DNA from: the human T2T-CHM13v2.0 reference genome, Homo sapiens
Assembly (NCBI RefSeq): GCF_009914755.1
Contig: NC_060934.1
Direction: 5' to 3' (one strand)
DNA: 64,000 bases
In this document: positions 13,130-29,320 of the stretch, one piece after another
Layout of the letters: every line of letters starts with the position of its first letter
How positions within the stretch are numbered: the first letter of the stretch is position 1
Program-made: the position numbers and the translations under genes
The notes under the pieces: model-generated
Told to the model about the DNA's origin: nothing
The model's database searches: none
Seen by the model: only the letters and a program-made list of their open reading frames with translations

Positions 13130-15959
13130 AGGGCCTATTAATCTTGTTCATCCTTTCAAAAAACCAACTTTTGGTATAGTTGATTATTTGTATGGATTTT
13201 TGGATCTCAATTTCATTCAGTTCAGCTCTGATTTTAGTTATTTTTTTTCCTTCTGCCTGCTTTGGGGTTAGTTTGTTCTTGTTTTTCTAGTTCCTATAGT
13301 GTGATGTTAGATAATTAATTTTCAATCTTTCTAAGTTTTTGAGGTAGGTGTTTAGCACTATAAACTTTCCTCTGAACACTGCTTTTGTTGCATCCCAAAG
13401 ATTTTTAGTATGTTTTTCCTGTTTTAATTTATATTAAATAATTTTTGATTTCTCTTCTAATTTCATTGCTTACCCAAAAGTCATTCAGGAGATAGTTTGT
13501 AATTTCCATATAATTGTGTGGTTTTGAGAGATCTTCTTGATATTGATTTCTATTTTTGTTCCATTGTTGTCCAAGGGTATGGTTGGTGTGACTTGATTTT
13601 TTTTTAAATTAATTGAAACTTGCTTTATGGCCAAACAATGGGGTCAATCTTGGAGTGTGTTGTATGTGAAGGTGAGAAGAATGTGTGTTCCGTGGTTGAT
13701 GGGTGAAGTAGTCTACAGATGTCTATCAGGTCCAATTGGTCAAATGTTGAATTTAAGTCCAGAATTTCTTTGTTAGTTTCCTGCCTTGATGATCTCATAC
13801 TATCAGTGGGGTGTTGAAGTTCCCCACTATTATTGTGTGGCTGTGTAAGTCATTTTGTAGGTGTAGACACACTTATTTTATGAATCTGGGTGCTCCAATG
13901 TTGGGTGTGTATACATTTAGCACAGTTAAGTCTTGTCGAATTGAATCCTTTATTGTTACGTAATACCCTTCTTTGTCCTTTTTTTTTTTTAACTGTTTTT
14001 TACTTTTTTTACTGTTGTTGGTTTAAAGTTTGTTTTATCTAATTTAAGAATATGTAAGACCCTTGCTTTTTTTGTTTTTTTCCATTTGCATGGTAGATTT
14101 TTCTGCAACCCTTTACTTTGAGCCTATGGGTGTTTTTACATGATGAGTCTTTTGAAGACAGTAGATGGATGGGTCTTTTTAAAAAAATCCAACTTAACCC
14201 CTCTGTTCCTTTTATGTGGAACATATAGACTATTTACATTCATTACATCCAATACTAATTCACGTTAATATTTATGTGTGAGGCTTTGATCCTATTGTGA
14301 CATTTTTTGCTGGTTGCTTTGTAGTTTCTATCATGTAGTTCCTCCATAGAGTCTGTGGGCTATGTACTTAAGTATGTTTTTGTGGTAGTAATATTGTTCT
14401 GTTTTTTTCATTTTTAGAGCCCCCTTAAGGATCTCTTGTAAGGCTTATCCTGTGGTAACTAATTTCCTTAGTGTTTGCTTATCTAGAAAACATTTTATTT
14501 CTCCTTCACTTATGAAGTTTAATTTGGCAGTTTATGAAACTCTTGGTTGGAATTTCTTTTCTTTTAGAATGCTGAAAATAGGCTCCCAATCTCTCCTGGC
14601 TCATAAGGTTTCTGCTGAGAAGTCTTCCGTTAACCAGATGCATTCCCTTTGTACATGACCTGACCTTTTTCTCTAGGTGCCTTTAAAATTTTTTGTTTAT
14701 TGTTGACCCTGGACAGTCTGGTGACTGACTATATGCTTTCGTGGTACTCATTTTGTATAGTATCTCTCAGGTGTTCTCTGGATTTTTTGTATTGGATGTC
14801 TACCTCTCTAGCAAGATTAGGGAAATTTTCATGAATTAGTCCCTCAAATATGTTTTCCAGGTTGTTTTCTTTTCCTTTGTCTCTCTCAGGAACGCCAATA
14901 ATTTGTAGGTTTGGTTGATTTACATAATCCCATATTTCTCAAAGACTTTGTTCATTTTTTAAAGTTCCCTTTTCTTTATTTTTGTTTGACTAGGTTAGTT
15001 TGAAAGACTGGTCTTCAGGTTCTGAAATTCTTTCTTCTGCTTGGTCCAGTGTATTGATACTGTTTTAATTGTATTTTGAAATTCCTTAAGTGAGTTTTTC
15101 AATTCCAGAAGCTCCGATTGATTTCTTTTTAAGGTGTTTATTTCTTCCTTCATTTCCTGGATTGCTTTAGAAGTTTCTTTGTGTCAACTTTGTCTTGCAT
15201 CTTGTTGGGCTTCCTTGCAATCCATGCTTTGAATTCTTCATCTGTCATTTTTGCATTTCCATTTTAGTTAGGGATCACTGTTGGAGAGCTGGCATGGTAC
15301 TTTTGTGTTGTCACTATATTCAGATTATTCATGGTGCCAGAATTATTGTGCTGGTTCCCTTTCATCCAGAGACACTTACACTTTATATTTTTGTAATTAT
15401 TTTCTTTTGGGTAGATTTTTTTTTTTGTTTCTCTTTCTTTCCTTATATTATCATCGAGGGTTTTCCCTTACTCTTTGCCCTCCTCCCTAGGGGTTGTTAC
15501 AGTAGAAAATGCTGGGTAGGATCTTTCTGGTTTGTTTCTATATTCCTATGCATTTCTGTTGATAGGGTTTTTAATAGGCTGTGTCGTTCTACCTGCAAGC
15601 CAGTAGATTGTGCTTATAGGTAAGAGGCAACTGTGGGCAACATAGCTGAGTGTATATTTGATATTTGCTTACTGGGAAAAGCTCTCTGTTGCTTCAGGCA
15701 ATGGCCTGATGTGTGGAGTACACAAGAGGTCTGAGCTCCCTGCTTATCCCCCAGGGTTGCGGGAGGGGAGTGCAAGATAGGTGGAGCTGGACTTAGCACG
15801 TCTGCTTATAAGTCCACTAATGACAGGCACAAGCACCAGCACCGAGGGAGAATCCAGTTGGGTGGCCACCAAGTGACCAGAGGTGTGTCTAGGCCTGGAG
15901 CTAGGAAACATTCTTGGTCCCAAGTTCTCTGGACGGGAATGTGGTGGCCTAAACTCCTA

Positions 15960-16300
15960 ATCCAAGAAAGTGGGTGCTCCAGATGCCTGCAGATCTTCCC
16001 AGATGTGGAGCAGAGAGGGCCACTCTGCACTAGGATCTCTGCACAGAAAGGGTGGGGCAGCTCAGGCTGCTATTCTAGGTGAACAGGTGCTCTGAATGCC
16101 TCCGGAGATCTGCCTGGATGTGGAGCGGAAAGGGTCCCATTGCACCATGATCTGTGTCCATGAAGGGTGGGGCATGTCAGGATTCTGGTCCTAGTGAGCG
16201 GGTTCTCTGAATACCTGGATTTATGCCGGGGGGCAGGGGGTGGAGCAGAGAGGGTCCCACTGTACCACAATCTCAGGAGAGCAGCAGGCTGGGACACCCT
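15960..16300. repeat. ~115-bp tandem units (about 3) in the L1PA15/16 5'UTR
   Basis: Repeated gtgctctgaatgcctggagatc..tgtggagcagagagggtccc..tgcac..gggtggggc. Confidence 0.7.
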
Positions 16301-18055
16301 GGCACATGCAGATTGTTTCTAGGTCGCCAAGGCTGCAAGTCTTGTCACCTAGGAAAACCTGCAGCTGTAGCAGCTCTCCAATTGCCCCAGGCCTGTGATG
16401 GGGGACAGCACAATTCTGGTACCTACTTCTGAGGAGCTTTCTATAGTTCTGGCTGTAGAGGCCCTTACCCCCCTCCAGAGCAAGTACTTCAATCCCTGGC
16501 CCTAGACTAAAATGCCTGCATGGCCACACGGCTGGGTCACCAAAGAATGGTTGACTTTGTATTTGTCTGGATTTAAAAGAGTATCCTCCTCTGAGTCCCA
16601 GGTCTGGGGAAATGATTGCAGCTTTTCCTGGTGTCTTTCTTTCACAGCATCTCCAAGCCTCTCTCCAAGTTCGCTCCAGGGCTTGCGAGAAACAAAGTGC
16701 TCTCCCTCAGCCCCAGCTCCTCGCACACCCAGTGGAAAGGTGAGTCACAGAGGGAGGTTCTTTGCTTCGCTCATGTACCGGGGCTTCACTTACTTTTATC
16801 AGCTGGATGCCATCACAGGGGCTGTTTATGAGTTCTCCTCCCTGGGATTTGGGGTGTCCTTCACGGTTCTGGTGGATTCCCATTTTCCTTCTTGAATTAA
16901 AGCTCACAGAGTTGACCTTTATGCACTATCTTGCTATGGTTGTGGTTTGTGGTACTCCGAAACAATTACAATAGTAACATCAAAGACCGCTGATCACACT
17001 AGCAGACATAATAATAAAAAAAGTTTGAAATATTGTGAGAAGCACCAAAATGTGGCACAGAGACATGAAGTGAACACATGCTGTTTGAAAAAAATGGCAC
17101 TGATAGAATTGCTTGGTACAGGGTAGCCTCAAATCTTCAATTTGTGAAAAAAAATGTAACATCTCTGAAGTATAATAAAGTGAAGCACAACAAAATGAGG
17201 CATGCCTGTACTAGTGTTAGCATCTCCGTTTTATAGATGAGACATCTGAGGAACAGATAAATCTGACTTTCCTGAGGTTTCCTAGTAAAAGGTACAGCTG
17301 GAATACAAAGCCAGGCAGTTTTGGCCCTTGAGTTTGCACCAGGCCAAAAGGAAGGAAACTTGCAAGAAATGGCACATAGAAATCTTCAGGTGGAGAAGAG
17401 ATCCAGAGCAAATAATTCTTAGGAACTGTAATAAAAGCTTTGCTGCTCACCTGGACACTTCTGCATGCTGAGGCCTGTGCCAAGTCACGCTGACTTCTTT
17501 GATCAGGCCTGAGGCATCCTGCAGGGAACCTGGGCATGTATCTTTGGGCATGCCAAAAGGTGGATATGGATTCTGTCTAAGCCAGTATTCTGTCCCTCTG
17601 TTGGTTGACAATCACCTCACAGAAATCTCTGTGCTTCTCTTTAATTGAGGACTTTGTTTCTGCAGTCAGGGATTTGGGTTTAGCAAAGGTGATTTGGTTC
17701 AGATCTTTCATGCAGGCCCTAATTGACAGTGTCCTCCTGAGATGCCTCCCTGCTCAGGCCCCACCTCCCAGGACCTGCCCTAGGCTTGTCTTTCATCATC
17801 AACAGTGCCCCTGCCCCTTCCCGTGTCTCTCTCTTCCCTCCAGGTTCCCAACCTCCTAATGAGAGCACTTGCAGATCCAATCAACTGAGCAGTTGTGTCA
17901 TGTGAGTGTGCAACACTTTGCTGGCCACTCAGTAGCATCCTTCTGGAGCCTGAAAACCTTAATCCAAACAAATGAAGTCAGTGACAAAAATTGGCTGAAA
18001 TTTTTTTTTGGCATGAGCATAACCTGTGGCACCTACTTGCCTCCCAAATAATATG

Positions 18056-18396
18056 CAATCGACCCTCCATGTCCATAGGTTCAGCATCAGTGGTTGCAAC
18101 CAACCAAGGATTGAAAATATTTTTTTTAAAAAGGATGTTTATGTCTGTACTGAACATGTACAGTCTTTTTCTTGTCATTGTTTCCTAAACAATACAGTAC
18201 AACAACAATTTACATAGCATTGACATTGTATTAGGTATTATAAGTAATCTAGAGATGATTTAAAGTAAATGGGAGGACGTATGTAGTTTATACGTAAATA
18301 CTATGCCATTTGGTATAAAGGACTTGAGCATCTGTGGATTTTGGTGTCCGCGGGGTGTCCTGGAACCAATCCCCAGCAGATACTAAGAGATGACTG
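18056..18396 (-). mobile_element. MER2 (non-autonomous Tigger family)
   Basis: Ends caatcgaccctcc and gagatgactg|ta; internal taatctagagatgatttaaagta, ggaaccaatcccc. Confidence 0.9.
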
Positions 18397-18399
18397 TAT

Positions 18400-18950
18400 C
18401 TGCCTACTTTATAGCACTGCCTGGATATTGAATAGCCATCTTGGCAGTGCATGTCCAAGGCTGAACTCTTAATCTTCAGCCCTACATCTGCTCTCCCAAA
18501 AGTCTTTCCTTCTTACTCTTATCATCTTTCCTTTCTTCACAACCTGCATCTCATCTGCAAACAAGTCTCCTCCACAACTGTGTTTCAAATCTCCTCCTTC
18601 CCTCCAGCTCCACTGCTACCATCATCTCAGGCCACCACCACCTTGCATCTGGACCGCTGCAGTGACCCACTTAATTGGCCCCCACCAGGCCCCATCTATT
18701 ATCTCCTCAGCAGCTAATCATTAAAAAATGTGAATCGGATAATATTTCTCCTGTGTACCAGCTTTTCACAGCTTCCCATAGCACTTAGGACAAAAGCTCA
18801 CTTTGTGTCACAACCTGCAAGGCCTCCTTGGAGCAGCCAGCCCTTGCCACCTCTTCAGCTTGGCCCTGCCTGGCTCTTTCCTTGCTCTCCCATCTAGCCA
18901 CACTAGCCTTATTTCCATTCTATGCCAAGGCCTTTGCACTTGTGGTTTCC
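18400..18950 (+). mobile_element. L2 fragment
   Basis: atgtccaaggctgaactcttaatcttc, ggcctttgcacttg, typical of L2 3' region. Confidence 0.7.
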
Positions 18951-18954
18951 TCAG

Positions 18955-19812
<858 letters not shown>

Positions 19813-19993
19813 ATGGATCCAGCCTGGAATATTATTCTTTTTCCACTACTAGTTTCCCGATGGCACAGTCTCCTGCTCAAGCTCAGCTGTCTCTGATTAG
19901 CCCATCTAAAGTAGGTCCACCTGCTATTCTCTCTCAGGCCATCTTCTTTTTCTTCCTAGCATCAGCCACAATTTGCCATGTATACTTTTTGAG

Positions 19994-20260
19994 AGGCAGT
20001 ACAGCATGGGGGAGCTGGTGCAATACTCACATACGCAGACTCTGGAGCTGCTGGGTTCAAAATCTGGCGCATCCTATTTGCTGCTTGTGTGACCTTGGCT
20101 AAGTTATTAACCTTTCTGTGCTTTAGTTTTTTCATCTGTAAAGTGGGCATACTACTACTAGCTCAGAGGGGTTTAGTGAGGATAAAGTGAGTAAACATCT
20201 GTAAAGCATTTAGAACAGTATTTGACACAGAGCAGGCTCCTGTAACTGTAGTTATTTACT
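19994..20260 (+). mobile_element. MIR
   Basis: tgtgaccttggctaagttattaacctttctgtgctttagttttttcatctgtaaagtggg core. Confidence 0.85.
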
Positions 20261-20288
20261 ATGTATGTATTTAGTGGCTTTCTAGACT

Positions 20289-20496
20289 TGGGGTCAGCAA
20301 ACTACTGTCTGTGGGTCAAATTCAGCCACCACCTGCTTTGGTAAACAAAGTTTTATTAGAACATAGTCACGCCTAGTCATTTATGTACTGTTGATTGTAC
20401 TTCCATGCTACCATAGCAGAGTTGAGTAGTTACGACCACATGGCTTGCAAAGCCTCAATTATTTATTCTCTGGTCTTCTACAGAAAACACTTGCTG
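20289..20496. mobile_element. MER58A-like hAT-Charlie MITE
   Basis: ggggtcagcaaactac..aaagttttattagaacatagtcac..gcagagttgagtagtt..cagaaaa. Confidence 0.8.
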
Positions 20497-22179
20497 TAAT
20501 TGGAAAGCCCCGAGAAGGTTGAGAGCACTTTTGTTTTCTTCATCTCTGCGTCCTTATTTCTTGGAACACTACCTGGCAAACCATGGGTGCACCATGCAGC
20601 AAGTTAAGGTCGCCGAAGTAGAACTGCGTATTAAGCCAGTGTCTCCATCCAGGTAAGAAAGAAAGTGGGTTCCATCCTTGCTTCCCCTGAGTAGCATGAG
20701 ACCAGTCTCTACCATGGTGTAAAGTCCCACAGCACTAGGACCAGCGATTCCACTCCATCAGCATTCAATTCATCTCTTCACCAGCTTCATTAATGCTCCC
20801 CTGCTAGGGTGTCTTGGGCTTTAACATTAAGTGCCATTTTTACTTTCTAAATTAAAGCTGCTTTGTAGCTGTAGTTAATAAGCTCAATCTTCTTTGGCCG
20901 TTTGTCTCCCAGGTTGGTACCTGAGTTGTACTGTCTAGGGTGTCTCAGATGTCACAGTGTCCAACTGCCAAGTCATAAATTGGTAGGAGCTACAGAACAC
21001 ATGGTGTTTTAATGACACTCTATTATGAGCTTTAAATTGCCTCCTTACAGAAAAGCCCAAAGATGGTGTTAGCCTTTGACCTGTGTTGCTGGGAAGTTTT
21101 AAAATGTCTGAAGTTTTCGTTAATTACTTCCACGCCTTTCCTGCAGCTGTGTTTTACAGGGCTGGTTTGCTGCCATCTATCACGATATTTTCACATTTCT
21201 AGTCGCATACTCTTTAATTATTCCACGGGGGCTTTCAGAGCGTTTTTCATTATCCAATATATTACACTTGCAGGGAAATCAGGTTGCCTTTTCATGAGGT
21301 GAAAAGACAGAGCTGATTGCTAATTGAGCAGTTTGCCACCAGGATCAGCTGTATCAGCATCTACCAAGTTGGCTTAAGGGGGTGGAGGCTGGCAAGTCCT
21401 TCTTAAATATTCCCCTACTGAGGCTTCAAAGCTTACCCTAGGTGAATTATTTTCTTGCATTGTGCACTGTCTGCTCCAGAGCCATTCTTTGTTTAATCTC
21501 CTGCTGATAATTCATTGAGTGATAATAAAGTTTCAAAATCCCATGCTTCCTTCTTGAGTGATTTGGGCAGGTGAAAGCAAAACTGAGTGTTGGGGGTCCT
21601 TGAGACTCCGGTTGGGAAATCGGGGAGGGGGACAGAAAAGTGGTAGGGGCTTTGCCTCACCAGGTCAGCCTGGTTGTGAAATCATGGCAGGTTGGTGTTA
21701 TTTTTAGGAGGTGAGAACTCAGATAGTAGGTAATGCCAACCTACTCCGGAAGGTGAGGCATCTTCAGCCTGGACATGGCTTTGGTGTCTCTCACTCTCCT
21801 TTCACCCAGCAGTCCAGGGTGAGCAGTGGAATTTCCACCTGTAGCTCCCCAGGTCACCAGACAAGAGGCCTCATCACCTGAAAACCTTCACTGAATGAGC
21901 TCAGAGCATGTCAAATCTCTGCAGTTACAATGCAGCTACTGCCTAGTTACTTCATATAGGTGAACGTTGCCCTCCAGCATAGATAAATCCACTCAAACCT
22001 TAATTGCATCGGTTTATCTTTAAAATGGCCACTAAAGTATCTTCATAATGGGATTGTGTAAATTAAATAACTTAATACACAGAAAGGGCTTAGAATAGTT
22101 TTTGGCCCATAGTAGTATTCAACAAATGTTAATAGTTACTACTACTGTTTTCTTCCTATGGCGACTATTACACAATTTG

Positions 22180-24110
22180 ATATCATGCTTTTTCATTTTG
22201 TTATGAACATTTCCTCATGTTTTAAAATTTTTGATGGTTGTTATTATTTGTGTTAACTATTTTACTAAGTAATATTTTGATGAAAATTATTTTAATATAA
22301 ATCATTTTAGGGATTTAAAAGGTAATAAAATGGATTTTTAGAGGTCAAATTACTGGGTGAAAGAACACAACATTTTTGTCAACCTGTCCTTCTAAATGTA
22401 ATGTATGAGTATGACCATCTGACCATCCTTGCTAATGCCATCACTGACAAAGAGTTGCCAATTTGGGTGATAAAAATAGTTCTCTTGTAGTTTTACTATG
22501 CATTTACTTTATTACAACTGAAGTATGACATTATTTTAAAAGTTTATTTGAATTTTATTTCTTTCTCTGAGTTTTCTTTATATATTCTCTGCTTATTTTT
22601 CTATAGTTTATGTTTTTCTTGATTTAAAGGAATGCTTTATGTACTATAAATTTTATATATTACATTCATGTGTTTTAACTTAATTATTTGCAGTTATTTT
22701 TCTTCATCTTTTCCTAATATTTTAATATTGCTTATAGGATCTTTTGTTATCAAATTTTAAACTATGTGGTCTATCGATTTAAATCTGTAGGTCTTAAATC
22801 TATCTTGGTTAGTCTTGTCTTTTCTGAATTTTGTGTGTTTCTTTACTGTGTCAAGACTTTAAAAGCTTCGGTCTATAATTTCTGCCACTGTTTTAATAAT
22901 CCACCTGGATTTTTTTCTTAGGTGATATATTCATCTGTTTTCTTTTGCTTATAACAGAATATCAGAAACTGGGTAATTTAAAAAGAAAAATAATTTATTT
23001 CTTACAGTTCTGGAGGCTGGAAAGTCCAAGGTTAAGGGGGCACGTCTGTTGAGGGCCTTCTTGGTGGTGGAGAGTTCTTGGAGTCCTGAGATGGTGTGGG
23101 GCATCATATGGCGAGGGGCTGAGTGTGCTGAGCATTCTAGCTCTGGTCTCTTTTCCTCTTCTTACAAAGATAACTCATTAATTCATTAATTGCCCTTCAT
23201 TGTTTTATAAACTATTTTCTTGGAAATTTGTGGGCATATTCTACATGAGTTTTAGCATTAGCTTGCCAGAATTAATAAGATATTCTTGAGTTTTGGATTG
23301 AAATTGCATTGACTTTATAGGTAAACTTGTGAAGAACTAAATCTTAACAGTGTTACAGCTTTTTATTTGGGATCATTGTAATTCTCTCCTATAGAAAAAA
23401 ATTCTAGTTTTCTCCATATTTGTTTTATGAATTTTTTGATAAATTTATTTCTAGGTTTTGACAATTTGGGTTGCTGCTGCGAATGCAATCTTTTCCCATG
23501 ACATGTTCTAATTACTTTTATGGTGAATTTGTTCCTCTTGGGTACGGCTACCCAACTGAAGTCTCCTTTCGTTCCAATGTTGATTCCATTGGATTTTCTA
23601 AGTTGATAAATATATTGTTTTAAAATTACATCTTGTTTCTCTTTCCCCAATATTTATATCAACTTTTCTTTTCCTATTCTTGTTGCATTGGCAAAGATCT
23701 CCAGTGCAATTTTGAATAGCAGGGCTGATAGTGGGCATCTTTGCCTTATTCCTGATTTAGTTAGATCTTCTCTAATGTTTTTCATTAAGTATGATGTTAG
23801 TTTCTTTTAGATAATTTTTATAAAGTTAAAAATCCTTCCTCTTATTCCACGTTTGTTAAAAGTTTCATTGGGAATATGCCAAATAATATTTTTTAAAATA
23901 TTTCTTATTATTTATTGAGATCTTGTTTTTGTTTTACTTGTTAATGTGATGAATTACATCAGTTCAACATCAACTTAATGTTGAACCAACCATTTCTTTA
24001 TTTCTGTAATAAGCCCCTTTTAGCCATATTAAAGGGTTATTGCAATATACTTTTGGATTTGATTTGCCAGAACTTAATTTAAAATGGTTTCATCTGTATC
24101 AGTTTTTGAG
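22180..24110 (-). mobile_element. Very old L1 (L1ME-like) ORF2/3' remnants
   Basis: ggattgaaattgcattgactttatagg, gatagtgggcatctttgccttattcctga, tgttgaaccaacc. Confidence 0.6.
22925..23190 (-). mobile_element. MST-type MaLR LTR fragment
   Basis: ataacagaatatcagaaactgggtaattta..cagttctggaggctggaaagtccaagg. Confidence 0.75.
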
Positions 24111-24127
24111 CTAGTCCTCCAGGGTGA

Positions 24128-24248
24128 TGTATTAGTTTCCAAGTGCTGCTGTAACAAATGATCCTTTTTCCAAATAAGGTCACACTGACAGGCTTAGGGG
24201 ATTAGAGCATGGACATGTCATTTTGGAGCCACCGTTTAACCCACTGCA
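24128..24248 (-). mobile_element. Internally deleted MLT1 LTR (both termini, ~120 bp)
   Basis: tgtattagtttcc..gctgctgtaacaaat joined directly to tttccaaataaggtcaca..aacccactgca. Confidence 0.65.
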
Positions 24249-24559
24249 GGTTTGTCATTAGCGTGGCACTCTGCCTTTGGAACATGTGGTGGGATTATAT
24301 TTCTTGGATCCCTTGGGCTGGATGGAGCCATGTTAGTAGTTTTGGCCAATGAGTTAGATGTGGAAATAATGTCACTTTTCTGGGCCAAGCATTTTATTGC
24401 CACTACAAGATATCCAGGGCTGTCTTTTCCTCCCTTTGACTCAGTGACCAGCAACCTTCAAGGCCAGCCTGGGCCCTTGATTGACTATGATGAACAGACT
24501 CTTGCCAACCAGCAATGGACATGTAGCATGAGCAAGAAATAATCTATCATTGTTTAAAT

Positions 24560-25837
<1,278 letters not shown>

Positions 25838-25876
25838 GTCACTGAGATGTTGGGATTGTGTGTTACTGCAGCATAT

Positions 25877-25879
<3 letters not shown>

Positions 25880-25917
<38 letters not shown>

Positions 25918-25920
25918 CAC
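25880..25920. repeat. (TG)15(GC)3(AC)2 alternating purine-pyrimidine microsatellite
   Basis: Seen directly. Confidence 0.95.
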
Positions 25921-26118
25921 TTTTTTGTTGGAACTTGGTATCAGAGCTAGCTTTGAAGAAATAAATGGGAAGTTTTGACATTTTCCTGTACTTTGAGAAT
26001 TTATTATATAAACATTGTTTATGAAGATTCAGTAGAACTGATAAAAACATCTAAGGCTATATACATATTCACACACACACACATATAATAGAGTATATTT
26101 CTGCTCTTTCAAATTCTT

Positions 26119-28144
26119 TTTTTATTGATTGATTGATTGATTGATCATTCTTGGGTGTTTCTCGCAGAGGGGGATTTGGCAGGGTCATAGGACAATAGTG
26201 GAGGGAAGGTCAGCAGATAAACAAGTGAACAAAGGTCTCTGGTTTTCCTAGGCAGAGGACCCTGCGGCCTTCCGCAGTGTTTGTGTCCCTGGGTACTTGA
26301 GATTAGGGAGTGGTGATGACTCTTAACGAGCATGCTGCCTTCAAGCATCTGTTTAACAAAGCACATCTTGCACCGCCCTTAATCCATTTAACCCTGAGTG
26401 GACACAGCACATGTTTCAGAGAGCACAGGGTTGGGGGTAAGGTCACAGATCAACAGGATCCCAAGGCAGAAGAATTTTTCTTAGTACAGAACAAAATGAA
26501 AAGTCTCCCATGTCTACCTCTTTCTACACAGACACGGCAACCATCCGATTTCTCAATCTTTTCCCCACCTTTCCCCCCTTTCTATTCCACAAAACCGCCA
26601 TTGTCATCATGGCCCGTTCTCAATGGGCTGTTGGGTACACCTCCCAGACGGGGTGGTGGCCGGGCAGAGGGGCTCCTCACTTCCCAGTAGGGGCGGCCGG
26701 GCAGAGGCGCCCCTCACCTCCCGGACGGGGCGGCTGGCCGGGCGGGGGGCTGACCCCCCCACCTCCCTCCCGGACGGGGCGGCTGGCCAGGTGGGGGGGC
26801 TAACCCCTCCCACCTCCCTCCCGGACGGGACGGCTGGCCGGGCAGAGGGGCTCCTCACTTCCCAGTAGGGGCGGCCGGGCAGAGGCGCCCCTCACCTCCC
26901 GGACGGGGCGGCTGGCCGGGCGGGGGGCTGACCCCCCCACCTCCCTCCCGGACGGGGCGGCTGTCCGGGCAGAGGGGCTCCTCACTTCCCAGTAGGGGCG
27001 GCCGGGCAGAGGCGCCCCTCACCTCCCGGACGGGGCGGCTGGCCGGGCGGGGGGCTGACCCCCTCACCTCCCTCCTGGACGGGGCGTCTGGCCCGGCGGG
27101 GGGCCGACCCCCCCACCTCCGTCCCGGACGGGGCGGCTGGCCGGGTGCAGGGCTGACCCCGCCACCTCCCTCCCGGATGGGGCGGCTGGCCTGGCGGGGG
27201 CTGACCCCCACCTTCCTCCCGGACGGGGTGGCTGCCGGGTGGAGACGCTCCTCACTTCCCAGACGGGGTGGCTGCCGGACGGAGGGGCTCCTCACTTCTC
27301 AGACGGGGCGGCTGCCGGGTGGAGGGACTCCTGACTTCTCAGATGGGGCGGTTGCCAGGCAGAGGGTCTCCTCACTTCTCAGACGGGGCGGCCAGGCAGA
27401 GACGCTCCTCACCTCCCAGACTGGGTCGCGGCCGGGCAGAGGCGCTCCTCACATCACAGATGGGGCGGCGGGGCAGAGGCGCTCCCCACATCCCAGACGA
27501 TGGGCAGCTGGGCAGAGACGCTCCTCACTTCCTAGATGTGATGGCGGCTGGGAAGAGGCGCTCCTCACTTCCTAGACGGGATGGCGGCCGGGCAGAGACG
27601 CTCCTCACTTTCCAGACTGGGCAGCCAGGCAGAGGGGCTCCTCACATCCCAGACGATGGGCGGCCAGGCAGAGACGCTCCTCACTTCCCAGACAGGGTGG
27701 CGGCCGGGCAGAGGCTGCAATCTCGGCACTTTGGGAGGCCAAGGCAGGCGGCTGGGAGGTGGAGGTTGTAGCGAGCCGAGATCACGCCACTGCACTCCAG
27801 CCTGGGCACCATTGAGCACTGAGTGAACCAGACTCCGTCTGCAATCCCGGCACCTCGGGAGGCCGAGACTGGCGGATCACTCGCGGTTAGGGGCTGGAGA
27901 CCAGCCCGGCCAACACAGTGAAACCCCATCTCCACCAAAAAAATACGAAAACCAGTCAGGCGTGGCGGCGCGCGCCTGCAATCGCAGGCACTCGGCAGGC
28001 TGAGGCAGGAGAATCAGGCAGGGGGGTTGCAGTGAGCCGAGATGGCAGCAGTACAGTCCAGCTTCGGCTCGGCATCAGAGGGAGACCGTGGAAAGGGGAG
28101 GGGGAGGGGGAGAGGGAGAGGGAGAGGGAGAGGGAGAGCGAGAG
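26119..28144 (-). mobile_element. Full-length SVA retrotransposon (SVA_D-like)
   Basis: SINE-R ~26145-26635, GC-rich VNTR ~26640-27710, Alu-like domain ~27710-28075, (CCCTCT)n head ~28095-28144; 18-bp TSD ctgctctttcaaattctt at 26101-26118 and 28145-28162. Confidence 0.97.
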
Positions 28145-28254
28145 CTGCTCTTTCAAATTCTTACAAAGGTTTTGGAGTAAATTTTCTACCTTTTCTTAAC
28201 TCAATCTTTGTATTGTTTCTTGAGTACCGTCTAGTCTATTATAGTTTTCATCAG

Positions 28255-28425
28255 CATTATGTGGTTATTGAAATTTAGTTAAAATCAAATAAAATTAAAA
28301 ATTCAATTCCTCAGTATTATTAGCTGTATGTCAATTGCTCAGTGGTTGTATGTGGCTAGGGCCTAACATATTGAACAATGCAGATACAAAATATTTCCAT
28401 TCTTACTGAAAGTTCTACTGGGCAG
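28255..28425. mobile_element. MER33/MER3-like hAT fragment
   Basis: aaaattaaaaattcaattcctcag..atgtggctag..atatttccattcttactgaaagttctactgg. Confidence 0.7.
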
Positions 28426-28632
28426 AATTGGAAAAGTATCATTTCAATTAGATTTTCCAGTTTTAAATTCAAGTTTTTAAAATATTGTGTAATTGTGGAA
28501 AATAATTATAAAATAAAATTAAGAGCTTGAATTTCTTTATCTAGAGTTATAATCTTTTTTGCATTCCTAATGTTTGTGTACACCTTCTCTTTCTCTCTCT
28601 TCTTACCAGTTAGAAGTTACAAATCCCAAAAG

Positions 28633-29320
<688 letters not shown>

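Larger units (their letters stand above)
9415..16937 (-). mobile_element. Near full-length L1PA15/16-like LINE-1, degenerate
   Basis: 3' end with gatgctgaggtttgggg; ORF2 remnants (10243..10443, 12036..12305, 14039..14224); ORF1 region ~14450-15300; 5'UTR to ~16937, missing the extreme 5' terminus. Confidence 0.88.

Noticed and set aside
20645-20660. Strong donor-like cag|gtaaga
   Set aside because: No convincing paired acceptor or reading frame upstream; isolated donor matches are common.
26310-28278. Cluster of overlapping Pro/Gly/Arg-rich ORFs
   Set aside because: Artefacts of the GC-rich SVA VNTR and Alu-like domain.
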